Below, one piece after another: positions 25,500 through 38,251 of a DNA stretch of 64,000 nucleotides. The notes below the pieces were generated by a model, which ran no database searches, was not told the DNA's origin, and saw only the letters and a list, made by a program, of their open reading frames with translations. Origin of the DNA: Octopus bimaculoides (lineage: Eukaryota). Position numbers and translations under genes: made by a program. Position 1 is the stretch's first letter. Every line of letters begins with the position of its first letter. The DNA lies in contig NC_068994.1 of assembly GCF_001194135.2 (NCBI RefSeq), positions 27,266,780 to 27,330,779 of the forward strand. The letters are read 5' to 3'.

Positions 25500-25829
25500 A
25501 TATATATATATATATCGTCTGGCCGTAAAGCCTTCTGTTTGTTTTCCTGTCTTGTTTTTTGTCCGCCACTACATTCCTCCATGGCTAGATTAAATTTGCG
25601 TATACAGATTTAATCTGCGATCCATGGGACGAGCCGTTTTAACGTTGCGTCCTGCCCGAAGCTCGTCGAAACGCCGGTGTTAAAACGTGGGTAGCTGAAG
25701 AAGTAGAATGTTCTCTATGTGGCTCGTGTGTTCTCGTCTACGTTTGTTTGCAATGTCCTGTACCCAGATATGCACCTATACATACAGGTGGATGTCGGTA
25801 TGCACATACCTGTACGTATATATGCATAT
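25500..25829. repeat. PLE-terminal (pLTR-like) repeat fragment
   Basis: 25710-25829 is similar to 40590-40735, which flanks the PLE RT. The motif cattcctccatggct is shared with 59518. Confidence 0.5.
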
Positions 25830-26603
25830 NNNNNNNNNNNNNNNNNNNNNNNNNNNNNNNNNNNNNNNNNNNNNNNNNNNNNNNNNNNNNNNNNNNNNNN
25901 NNNNNNNNNNNNNNNNNNNNNNNNNNNNNNNNNNNNNNNNNNNNNNNNNNNNNNNNNNNNNNNNNNNNNNNNNNNNNNNNNNNNNNNNNNNNNNNNNNNN
26001 NNNNNNNNNNNNNNNNNNNNNNNNNNNNNNNNNNNNNNNNNNNNNNNNNNNNNNNNNNNNNNNNNNNNNNNNNNNNNNNNNNNNNNNNNNNNNNNNNNNN
26101 NNNNNNNNNNNNNNNNNNNNNNNNNNNNNNNNNNNNNNNNNNNNNNNNNNNNNNNNNNNNNNNNNNNNNNNNNNNNNNNNNNNNNNNNNNNNNNNNNNNN
26201 NNNNNNNNNNNNNNNNNNNNNNNNNNNNNNNNNNNNNNNNNNNNNNNNNNNNNNNNNNNNNNNNNNNNNNNNNNNNNNNNNNNNNNNNNNNNNNNNNNNN
26301 NNNNNNNNNNNNNNNNNNNNNNNNNNNNNNNNNNNNNNNNNNNNNNNNNNNNNNNNNNNNNNNNNNNNNNNNNNNNNNNNNNNNNNNNNNNNNNNNNNNN
26401 NNNNNNNNNNNNNNNNNNNNNNNNNNNNNNNNNNNNNNNNNNNNNNNNNNNNNNNNNNNNNNNNNNNNNNNNNNNNNNNNNNNNNNNNNNCAATCGTCTC
26501 TCTTGCACGCCACAACTGATGCTTCTAATGTTCAGCTTTTCTCTCAAGATACTTACACTCTGACGGGTATTCACATTGACATTACACATCCAACGGAGCA
26601 TAC

Positions 26604-26697
<94 letters not shown>

Positions 26698-27823
26698 CAG
26701 TGTGTGTGAGTAGGCAAGAGTAAAATAAGTACAGTATGAATAATATAAAATAGTGTTCAAATGAATGTGCAGTGGCTATAAGAACAATCCAAATAGATCT
26801 GTTAAAGAGGTAGTAAGATATATAAACACAGTTAGGCTTGAGACATGTATTTACATGGAAAACAAAACAAAGATTATAAAATAAAGAAAAATATATATAA
26901 TGAAAAAACATTATATAATGTATTATCTCAACAACTGTTTTAAGAGGCCAAACATATGTAATGACCATATTCATAAGTGACATACACATGATGCTATATG
27001 TGTGCAACCATTGACAAGTGCAGACAAAATTGTTAAGTAAATTTGGCCTCCTTTTTCAAGAGTAGAGTGGCAAATGCAAGTTATTTAGAAGTGTTTATAA
27101 ACACAAAGGTTTAAAAAGAAGTGAGCAGAATAAGGGCTACAGAAAGCAAATGGAAATAATGAGAGAGAGAGTGGGGTAGTTAAGAGAACAGCCAGGAAAA
27201 GACCATATGTAAAGAAGATAAATGTTAACAGCTGACTGATGGAAATTATTGTCAGTTCACTTAATGGGAATCAAATTAGATGAAAATAAAACAGTTAAGA
27301 ATCTGAGGCAATAGATACAGAAGAATGGGAAGATTAAATAGAAAACCAAAACAGTGGGAGTAGTAGGAGATAATACAAGTGCAGTGAAAAAAAATTTTCT
27401 AGCTAAGATAAGAAATTATAATGACATTACATAATGAGCAAAGGTGCTAAAGAATTTATTGTGTAAACATTGTCAGAGAATTGATTAAGCAGTCTCATTT
27501 TTATGTAATATTGTGAGTGATTCCCAACAACATAATTTACAAATACAAAACTTAGCATTGAATGGGCTTGCACAAAAACATATGGTCTAGGATAATGTAT
27601 ACAGAAAACCCTGGGACTTGTAGTGCTGTATGTAGGTGGGTTATTATGTGAGTTTATGTGGTTATTATGTGAGTTTGGCTTCTTGAAACAGCTGTTGAAA
27701 TAAGATAATTTTTCAATATATTTTTTAATTTTATAATCTGTATTTTGTGCTCCATGTAAAGACATGGATATGTCTCAAGCCTAACTATTTAGTTACCTTA
27801 CTATCCTCTCTCTCTCTCTCTCT

Positions 27824-27882
<59 letters not shown>

Positions 27883-27886
<4 letters not shown>

Positions 27887-28280
27887 AAATTGTCCTCTTT
27901 GGAGAAACATTGCAAAGTGATGTTTATATTAATTTTATATGTATACACATCAGTGAATTTCTAAATCATCCAATTATTTGGATGATGGAAACATAGATAG
28001 TAATGGCGAAGAGAGTTCAGAAAGAGCCAAAGTCAAGCTGTCTTAACTGATGAGGCAATGGGAATTGCTGAAACTGATGCGTCAGTATTAAGAATTCTTA
28101 ACCAGCATTTTTGGGATGATTATGGTCCCTGTTAGTGTATATGCTTTCATTCATGTGCATTAACTGTAGCATTAGAGTGATTTAGCACTTATTTCTAGCA
28201 ATGTAGGTGTTTCCTAACACCCTAGTCACATTTAGTGACATTTGTAATTCTCTTCTTTAGTGAAACATTGCAAACTGCTG
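27883..28280 (+). mobile_element. ~358-bp hammerhead-containing monomer with 40-bp terminal direct repeat (retrozyme-like)
   Basis: 27883-27922 matches 28241-28280 at 33 of 40 positions. The left flank is (TA)n and the hammerhead is at 28041-28093. Confidence 0.65.
28041..28093 (+). ncRNA. Type I hammerhead ribozyme
   Basis: Stem I tcttaa/ttaaga; core CTGATGA; stem II ggcaat-GGGA-attgct; GAAA; stem III actga-tgcg-tcagt; GUA cleavage triplet at 28085-28087. Confidence 0.9.
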
Positions 28281-28896
28281 TGTGTGTAGTTTAATACATA
28301 CTAGCTTGGAAGATGGACATTAAATGATGATTATATACACATATACATATGTATGTATGTATGTATGTATGTATTTAGATTTGTATGTTTTGCTTTATGT
28401 ATGTATTCTCATACATATAGCTGCATGTTTACACATGCATATATTTACTTAAATGATAAACTTCTGGAAAGTTTTATAGATTTTTATAGTTTCAGAGATA
28501 GCTTGGAACTGTAGTCTTTGAATCAGCTTTCTCTTTCACAATTTGAGAAACTTAATTTCTCCGGATTGGTATTTAGGCAGTGTGCTACATATTCCAGTGC
28601 CCCAAGAACTACAAGTGTAGACCTTAACTTGTAATTTGTTATGTATGTATGTATGTATGTATGTATGTATGTATGTATGTATGTATGTATGTATGTACGT
28701 ATGTATGCACATATGTATATGTATGTATACACACAGAAGCCTATGCAGGGCTGACAATAAGCTTAGCCCATAAGGTCAGGTGTAAAAAGTGATTCCCAAT
28801 ACAAAATACTCCTCATTTGTAATCAGTGCTAATTATACACGATATAGGTATGGTTATGGGTGTGTGTGCATATATATGTGTGTATGTATGTATTAC

Positions 28897-28932
<36 letters not shown>

Positions 28933-29349
28933 ATACATGTAGAATACATGGTGCTACCTACAACAAGTAACAATGGAAAGTGAATTGAAAGATTTATGAA
29001 AATAGGTGATTCATAACCAAAGGCCTTGCATTTACCCTTAACCAACATGAAAAATGTCCTTCCAAATCCCATATCAGCAGGCCTTTGCAGACTCTGTACT
29101 ATTTGAAAAAATATATTAATATATGTAGGTCTGTATGTGTGTATATACTATATGTATGTAGGTATGTGTGTGTGTGTTTGTGTGTTTGTGTTTGTGTGTG
29201 TAATGGCATTTATTTTAGACATTTTTATGTCACAAAGCAAGAGTCATTAATAAGAGTGAAGTAGAGAAGATTTTTATAACAAAAAATTTGTATTGAAACA
29301 TCTCAAAGAAAAAATGTGGTTTGATATTTAGTAGAATTTTCAGCAAGAA

Positions 29350-30000
29350 ATAAATGGTAATGTGAGCTACAAGACAAAAATCACTCAAAAATTCAAAATT
29401 TCCTGAATGTGAATGAGATCCTATTTCATAAAAATATCAGTAGCTGTTGATGTTATATTTTATATATCATTCTCTCGGCAGAAAACTATTTTAAGAGAAA
29501 CACAACCTCATAGAATCTTTGGTGGATGATATGAATACATATATAAATAACTAATAGTATTTTAACCAAATATTGCTGTATTTTGTATATTTGTAATATT
29601 TGTTAAACATTAGAGAGAACTCAATCCATCAAACTCACAGAGTAATATAAAATATATTAAATATATGTTGTTTCTTTTGAAAGTAATATAAAAATATATT
29701 TATCAATCTTCAATTCTGTTGGATTGAGTTCTCTCCTATGTAACACAAATATTTCAAATATATACATATGCAACAATATTGAGTTAAAACACCTTTATTT
29801 ATTTACTTATATATTCATTTATTTACATCGTCTGCCAAACGTTCTAAAAGATTGTGTTTCTCTTAAAAACAATTTTCTGTCAAAAGAATGATATATAAAA
29901 TATATCAATATCCACTAACATTTTTTATGAAATATGATCTCCTTCCCATTTGGGGAAATTTTGAATTCTGTCTTCTAACTTTCATTGCCATTTAATTCAC
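29350..30000. repeat. Long imperfect inverted repeat (foldback), arms about 280 bp
   Basis: gagagaactcaatcca pairs with tggattgagttctctc, ttaagagaaacacaa with ttgtgtttctcttaa, atttcataaaaa with tttttatgaaat, and aaatggtaatg with cattgccattt. Confidence 0.8.
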
Positions 30001-30354
30001 ACTGAAGAAGGAATTGCTTTATTCTCAAAATATTTGAATATTGTTTGTCTTAAATAATCATCAACATTATCATCACTTCCCTTTCACTTTCCATGTTGGC
30101 ATAGGTTGAATAGCTTGTCATGGTCTGAGTTCATATTTGAAATCACTGCTTCACTAGACAAGACAGGGGATCATGTCTCAGTAATATGCTTCTATTTGAC
30201 ATGGTTTCTCCATACAGATGCCCTTTCAATCACCAATCACTTTACAGAGTATACTGGGTACATTTTATCATGACATCAACTTGATGAAATATGCCCAGTA
30301 TTGATGTATTTTATCAATCTGTCTCTCTGTCTCTCTTTCTCCTTATATTCTTTT

Positions 30355-30705
30355 AATTGTTTCCTTGTTTCAGTCATTTGACTGTAGCTATGCTGGGACA
30401 TTGCATTGAAAGGTTTTAGTCAAACAAGTCAACTCCAGGACTTATTTTCTAAGCCTAGCACTTATTCTGTTGATCTCTTGCTGAACTGCTAATTTACAGG
30501 GAAGTAAACATACCAACACTGGATATTAAGCAGTAATGGAGGTGGAGACAAACACAGGTACAAAGACACACACACACACTGTCCACCAAATTCATTCACA
30601 AGGCCAGAGGATATAGTAGAAGACACTTGCCCAAGGTTCCATGCATTGGGACTGAACCCAGAACAATGTGGCTGAAAAGTAAGCTTCTTATCACACAGCC
30701 ATGCC
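30355..30705 (-). mobile_element. tRNA-derived SINE
   Basis: Head gggttcagtccca...ttgggcaagtgtcttctactat. Same family as 33290-33670 and 61160-61615. Confidence 0.8.
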
Positions 30706-31131
30706 TGTGTCCATATGTGTGTGTGTGTGTATGTGTATTAAATACATGTACATAATAAATTTTTATATGTTTATTCTAGATTTATGTTTCCAATAAAATA
30801 ATAGAGGGGTCTGGTTCCATAGTGTAATCCTATTAAGCAATCAATCTATAGTTGACCAGGTGAAAAAATTCAAAATGGACCTGCTCCTCTTTTTTCAGAG
30901 CTGCCAAAAGCAAGGAATTTGACCATAAAGTTACTACTTGAAAACTAGGTCCTCTACTATTTTGAGTAAATATTTGTTCAATATTATACTGGCAACAGGG
31001 AAAAGGAGCCACTATTGCAATAAGCATTGAAGATTTGTAAATCTGAAATCTCACTATATTATTAAGGGAATTCAAACTAAATGATTCAGCCTACCTATGT
31101 AACAACAACATCAACATTAATAATAATAATG

Positions 31132-31192
<61 letters not shown>

Positions 31193-31194
31193 TA

Positions 31195-31572
31195 ATGGTT
31201 TCAAATTTTGGCACCAAACAAAAAATTGTGGGGGAGGAAATAAGTTGAAAACATCAACCCCTGTGTTCAAATGGTACTTATTTCATCAACCCTGACAGGA
31301 TGTATCCTTAACATAGTTCTTAGGGAGATTCTACATGACACAGTGTGTGACAAGGCTGGCCCTTTGAAATACAGGTACAACAGAAACAGGAAGAAAGGGT
31401 GAAAGTTGTGGTGAAAGATTACAGCAGAGTTCACCACCACCCTCTGCTGGAGCCTCATAGAGCTTTAGGTGTTTTTGTTCAATAAACACTCACAATGCCC
31501 GGTCTGGGAATTGAAACTGCAATCCCACAACTGTGAGTCCACTGCCCTAACCACTGGGCCATTGCACCTCCA
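31195..31572 (-). mobile_element. tRNA-derived SINE
   Basis: Head tggcccagtggttaggg...gtttcaattcccagaccggg; (AAT)n at the tail. Confidence 0.75.
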
Positions 31573-31654
31573 CACTCCAGATGTAAACATAGGTAAAATG
31601 TCAAGAATTTTTGCCAAGCATGCTAATGATTCTACCAGCTCACCACCTTAATAA

Positions 31655-31992
31655 TAGGAGGAGGAGACCCCTTTCAGTCATAAATGACCATGGGATTGCA
31701 CCTAGAAAGTTACCCTCCTAGTCACAAGTCCGGGCAAGATTGTTTGTGGAAGGCTAGCAGTTGCCCATGCATACTCCCTCTCCACACCATTGATGTTATC
31801 CAAGGGAAAGGCACAGGCCGATACAGTTTAGCACCAGTGATGTCGCAACTCATTTCTACAGCTGAGTTAACTGGAGCAACATGAAATAAACTGCCTTGCT
31901 CAAGAACACAATACACAGCCCGGTCTGGGAATCGAACTCACAACCTCACGATCATAAGCTCGACACTCTAACCACTGAGCCATGCACCTTCA
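31655..31992 (-). mobile_element. tRNA-derived SINE, full length
   Basis: A-box tggctcagtgg, B-box gagttcgattcc, then gtgttcttgagcaagg. Confidence 0.82.
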
Positions 31993-33289
31993 CACCTTAA
32001 TGATGATGATGATGATGAACCTTTCTATTATAGGTACAATGCCTGAAATTTGAGGAAGGGGGATAGTTGATTGCATCGACCCCAGTACTTATTTTATTGA
32101 CTCCAAAAGTATGAAAGGCAAAGTCAACCTCAACAGAATTTGAACTCAGGATGTAAAGATGGAAGAAATGCTACTAAACATTTTTGCCTGGTATGCTAAT
32201 GATCCTTCTAGCTTGTCACCTTCCTTCCCTTGAAAATGGTTTATTAGAATCCCTTGATATAATAACTCCCATCTGTCTTTTCCTGGTACAATACTTTAGT
32301 GTTATTGGCATTTTAAATTATAATTTCAGATGTTTTCTTTCCATTTGTTTTGCTTTTTTCTACTTATTATATATATAAGAGGATTTTCACTTTAAATTTC
32401 CTTAATTTTTCTAATTAATTTCTCCATTGTCTTAGTCTCCTCCACCCTTTGTTTTTTTTTTACAATCTATTATTTTGGTTATCTTCCTTTTACTATATTG
32501 TATTATATTATAGTTCTTTATGAATTCAGTTTATTAATATTCTTATCTGCATTATTAACTGGAAGCCAAATATCTTAATATATAGGGAATAGTGAATTGT
32601 TCTCTCTCCTTAAATAATTCGACATGTCTTCAATCTGTTAATGTATTCTTATCATAACTTATAACTCCCTTCCTTCTACTAACATTTCAAAACCTAGTCA
32701 TAATTTCCAACATAGTATTCCTTGTGTCCTGCAATAACCCTTAATAGCAGAATATCAGATTTCAATCTTTTCCTGGTCAGATTTATGAATCTTGGATACT
32801 TATGGCAATAACAGTCCCTCCTCCTGTTGCTAGTGTAGCACTGACCAAATACTTGCTTAAAATAGATGACTTAGTTTTCAAATATACTTAAGATCTTCAA
32901 CATGGCAGTTCTGTATGAATTAACGTTACTACTATTTTCAACTCCAAGAGGAATCCTCCTCTAGCTTGTTATCGAGGTAAATTCCATTTAAAATTTTTTT
33001 TTATTTTTGGCAGACAGCATGTTGCAGCTCTGAAGACGATAAAGGAGCAGGTCCATTCACTATTTTTACAGTCTATTGGCTATGGATCAATTGATTGATG
33101 TGATTACAGTATGGAACCAGATTTCCCAAATATTTTATTGAAAACATATGAAACCCTGGAATAAATGTATAAAAATCCATTATCTGTGTGTATTTTATAT
33201 ATCAACATACTAATTTTATTTGGTGACTATACCTCAGATTTACAAATTTGACTGGTAACAGCATGTTGACTTCAGATTACTCTCTCTTT

Positions 33290-33670
33290 TACTTGTTTCA
33301 GTCATTTGACTGCACCCATGCTGGAGCACCGCCTTTAGCTGAACAAATCAACCCTAGGACTTATTCTTTGTAAGCCTAGTATTTATTCTATCGTGCTCTT
33401 TTCACCGAACTGCTAAGTTACGGGGATGTAAACACACCAGCATCAGTTGTCAAGTGATAATGGGGAGACAAACACACACACACATAAATATATATCTATA
33501 TATACATATATGACGGGCTTCTTTCAGTTTCCATCTACCAAATGCACTCACAAGGCTTTGGTCAGCCCGTGGCTATAGTAGAAGACACTTACCGAAGGTG
33601 CCATACAGTGGGACTGAACCCAGAACCATGTGGTTGGTATGCACGCTACTTACCACACAGCCACTCCTGC
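33290..33670 (-). mobile_element. tRNA-derived SINE
   Basis: Same family as 30355-30705, with an internal (TA)/(TG) tract. Confidence 0.8.
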
Positions 33671-33779
33671 ACCTAGATTCCCTCATCTACCACAGGACAG
33701 ATTTGTTAGCCAGTACAGAAAATATTTCACCTGGCTATTAACCCATTTTTTGTTGCATTAGAAAGGTCCAACTTCAACA

Positions 33780-34930
33780 ATAGCATAAACTACATTGAGC
33801 CAAATACAAAAAGACTAAGAAGGTGCATAGGAAAATTCCTATGGTTAAACCCATCTTATAGCATGATTGTAGCCACTAACATAGCTAGGAAATTCTTAAA
33901 ATTTATAGACAATCACTTCTCACATTCACACAAATACCACAAGATTTTCAACTGAAACACCATTAAAGTTAGCTATAGTTGTCTCCCCTATACTCAACCA
34001 CAATAAAAGATACCCCTGAAAGACAATGCAACTTTAGATCTCCAAACCACTGCCCTCTAAATAACTGTCTTGAAAAAGAACATGTATACAAGTCCAAAAT
34101 CACAAATCCCAATGGAGTAGCAAAGATGTATATTGGAATGACGGGCAACTCATTCAAGGAAAGGTGCACACAACACCTGGAGTCATTCAGAGACAAAAAT
34201 AAAAACATGCAACATCTCTATCCAATATGATATGGGCATTAAAAGAAGGTAGAATATGTAACCCCCAGATAAAATGGTACATCATTGCTAAAACCAGAAA
34301 ATACAGAAGACGGGGTACCAAATGTGAATTCAGTATCACTGAAAAATAAAAATATCATACAGTCAACAGATAACACCCTAAACATTAGGGATGAAATCTT
34401 CTCTCCCTCCATACACAGGCAATATTTCACACTTAAAGCTTCAAAGAGGAGCCACCACCTCTGACACTAATCCCACCAGGATAGCCTCTTTTCTAAATGT
34501 GAAATTTAAATATACATAACACAAACTCCACTCACAGAAGAAATATGAATTCATGAAGAACTACCTCAGCACACAAGCATATGAACATCACATACACCGA
34601 GAGTATAATATACGATAATGCAAACAAATTTATAATCTGACACAACTGTTTGCCCAAAAGTGAAATCCAAGGGAGATAACCACTCAAAAGATGTCATCCA
34701 TGAATAGCACTCCTTGATTTATTGTTGCTTTATGACAATGTCAGTGAATTCAATGAGACTTGGTGTTTTTATCCAAAATAGAGGCACACACCATTCCCCC
34801 ATGTGATCAGCTTGAAAAATTGTTAGGATGTTAAGGCTTTTTCTATTTTTCTTAATATGAAACCAATGGTAGCCTTAATTCACAAATAAAGAAATTCTAT
34901 CCACCAATGTGGTGTTGAGCACTTGACATT
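33780..34930 (+). mobile_element. Penelope-like element 3' fragment (linker + GIY-YIG + pLTR-like tail)
   Basis: [36 protein letters not shown], then QC...CPLNNCL...VYKS...MYIGMTGNSFKER and LNIRDEIF. The tail (34800-34925) recurs at 59520-59645 and, inverted, at about 61755. Confidence 0.85.
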
Positions 34931-34961
34931 TATGCGTGTGTCTGTGTGTGTGTGTGTGTAT

Positions 34962-35023
<62 letters not shown>

Positions 35024-35714
35024 CAAATGAAAGACAGAAGATGGAATATACGAGAATATATTATTAATCACAACAATTGTTTCAACACATCTAGCATCGA
35101 CTCCTCTTGTGGGACACAAAAAATTGCAGAAGACAAAAAGAGAAACGAACACTTAATCCAGAGAGAAAAGTATTGAAAATAACCGTTAACCAATATGGAT
35201 GTATAAATGCCCTCGGGCAAGCAGCATAGCACAAGTACACACGTTCATACAAGCATTAGCAAAAATGTGAGCATACGCACATGTGAGGTTAAACGCACTC
35301 ATAATTACAAAGTGAGTTAGATATTTAGTAGGTGTTATGAATGAAAAATTATATTCAGATAATTTTCCATTCATACTATGCAAATTTGAACACCACCCTC
35401 TGGTTTTGCAAACGAAGATGAAAAAATAATTCATTGTGGTCATATGACTGTTTGAAATGTAGGTGGTATGATTTGGCATGCTTTTTACTGTATGGGTGAA
35501 CTATAAATACTCCTATTGAACACGTGACGTTTTAGTTTTGTGCTGGGAGCTGAGTGATGGCAGTTGATGTGTGTGTTGATGAGTGGGTCAGTGTTAGGCA
35601 GTTAATGTGTGGGTCGATGTCAGGTAGTCAATGTGTGGGTCAATGTGAGGTGGTCAATGTTGGACAATTTCATGTGGAACAGTTGACACAGTATTTAGTG
35701 TTGAGGAAGTAAAT

Positions 35715-35915
35715 AAGTCAGTTCAATGCAACAGTGAATGTGAGTTGGTTAATGTGAACATTGGCATCTTTGCTGTGAAGAGAACAGTTATAAGCCAGTT
35801 CAATGCGATGGTGAATGTGAGTCACTTAATGTGAACAGAGGCATCTTTGCTGAAGGAGAATAGTTAAAAGTTGGTCTGATGCAACCGTGAATGTCTGTGG
35901 TTTAATGTGAACAGT
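35715..35915. repeat. ~77-bp degenerate tandem repeat (about 2.6 copies)
   Basis: Units start at 35715, 35792 and 35868 (..ttcaatgc..gtgaatgtgag..ttaatgtgaaca..ggcatctttgctg..). Confidence 0.75.
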
Positions 35916-36265
35916 AGACAGTTTTAAACTTGCAGTGAAAATAGTCAGTGTGAACTTGGCAATGTAAAGAATGCAGAATGGTTATTGGACTAATGTGAAT
36001 TCAGAAGTAACAACAAAATTCAGTTGAAAAAAGATTAAAAAAAAGAGATACAAAAAAAAAATCATTAGACTAGTGAAAAAAAGAAGAGCTCACTAAAGGA
36101 AGTCTACACAATTCAGATGTAAATGAAAGGACTCTCTAAAAACTCTCTAAAGAACTGTCCATTTATTCCATATATGTTTATTTGCCTCTTAACTAAAGTT
36201 CTTGTATTTTGTGTGTGTGAGTGGAGAGCATACACACTCACACACACGCACAGAAACACACACAG

Positions 36266-36340
<75 letters not shown>

Positions 36341-37059
36341 TAAATAACCTAATCCCTAGGTTTTGAAGTGTTGATGGGGTTGTAGGAATGCCATGGTGAC
36401 ATACACGGCATGACAGGGAATATTTTAAAACCTGGTGGAGTTCATTCATCTGCAGATCTGACCTCAGTAGATTTCTTCCAGAGAAAGACAGAAAGAAATC
36501 ACCCCTGTACTAGACTGATAATTTATTTATTGGCATTGAAAGAATGAGAGGCAAAGGTGACCATGGTAAGATTTGAACTCACAATGCAGAGACTGGAATA
36601 GTTACTGCAAAGCATTCTATCTTATGCTCTAATGACTCTTCCAATTCATCTCTTCACATACATGCATACATCTACTATACTAGTGTAGAAGATATCACCT
36701 ACATCATCAGCTGCTGCCCCTGCCCCTGGAGTATGATATAGTTGCAAAGACTATTTACAATGTTATCCAAAAGACGGACAGCCCAGACATGTATATATAT
36801 CAAAGGAATGTCAGAACCAGCAGGTATTCACACCTTTAAAAACAAGGAATACTGGAACACCCCAATAAAAACATCAATTCAGATCTGATATTGTTCTGTA
36901 GAGGTCAGCTGCCCAGGAGATGTGAATGTAGAATCAAAAGTCCAGGAAAAAGAGAACATTTATGGCAAATTAATGCAGATCTTACAGCGCTTTGTGCTCT
37001 GACCATGAATTCTCATTTGTAGCTATCATCATTGGTGCATTAGATTATGTACCAACAAT

Positions 37060-37190
37060 TTGCACAAAGACCTAGAAATACTCAGTTGCACAGAAAAAGA
37101 GCAAAAGGAACTGATGCGGATTCTCCAAGTCCAATCTATTAGTGGCACAGTGAGGATTTGTAAGACATTTCAAAAATTTTTCATCTGAGA
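37060..37190 (+). mobile_element. RLE-type (R4/NeSL-like) LINE C-terminal remnant
   Basis: ...ELMRILQVQSISGTVRICKTFQKF resembles the LQK..LLGTARIL terminus. Confidence 0.45.
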
Positions 37191-37979
37191 TTCTTATGTG
37201 AATAGATGCACACGGATGTGTACACTGACAGTTATACCAACACACCAACTCAACCACATATTTACAAACACCAGGAACTCTCTTAACTCAATAAGTCTTG
37301 TTGTTTTGTGAGTAACCAGCTTGGAGTCTCTGAAGAACTTGAATTAAACTCAAAGAAAACTCATTCATACATTCATGTATACATACATGTATGTGTGTGT
37401 GTTTTATTAATAAGATACAGAAAATGTATGTGGTATTTTATGTTTTGAATATCCTTATCTATACGTTTTCTGTATTTTATTAATACTATTATGTGGCTTG
37501 TATTCTGCACACTACCCTATCCTGTGGTTTGATATCCCACGTCATACTCTACTGGAAACAGAAATGTAGAGTGGGATGGGACAGGACTGGATGGGACTGA
37601 CTGATTTACTCACTCAATCACTTACTTACTGACCCACTGACTGACTTGCTGACCAACTGACTGACTGATTCACTCACTGACAGACAGAGAGACAGAAAGA
37701 GAAAATTATCAATACTAGTTTGGTTATGCATCATGCTTCACAGTACTATTATGTGTGGGTGTTACACATATGCGCATGCCACAAACATAAACAGTGACAC
37801 ATACACAACCCTATATATATACATACACATGCCTATATGTCTTAGCTCAATTTAATTGCCCTATTGTAGCAATGTTTATTCATACCAAAGCCCAAATAAG
37901 TTGTAGGCTATTTGTAATGCAGAGTCAAGTTAAGGAAGCCGACTTTGAAATTAGAAAAGAGCTGATTCCAACATCATCA

Positions 37980-38145
37980 TCAGCAACAGCATGGGTGTGC
38001 TGTAAGAAGTTTGCTTCCCAACCACATGGTTTCAAGTTCAGTCCCACTGTATGGCACCTTGGGTAAGTGTCTTCTGCTATAATCTTAGGCTGACAAAAGC
38101 CTTGTGAGTAGATTTGGTTGATGGAAATTGAAAGACATCTGTCAT
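37980..38145 (+). mobile_element. tRNA-derived SINE head
   Basis: aagttcagtcccactgtatggcaccttgggtaagtgtcttctgctata. Confidence 0.75.
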
Positions 38146-38204
38146 ATATATATATATATATGACAGATGTATTTCATCAACTAAATCTACTCACAAGACT
38201 TTTG

Positions 38205-38251
<47 letters not shown>

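Noticed and set aside
25626-25690. HDV-like ribozyme
   Set aside because: The P1/P2 crossing fits, but P3/L3 is poor and there is no J4/2 catalytic C-(G)AA before P2'.
32870-33085. Possible host exon pair (ATGGCAG..GAG|gtaaat, ttttggcag|)
   Set aside because: There is an in-frame stop, the implied intron is about 35 bp, and no product is recognisable.
37325-37360. CTGAAGA...GAAA hammerhead candidate
   Set aside because: There is no stem III, no NUH triplet and no stem I.
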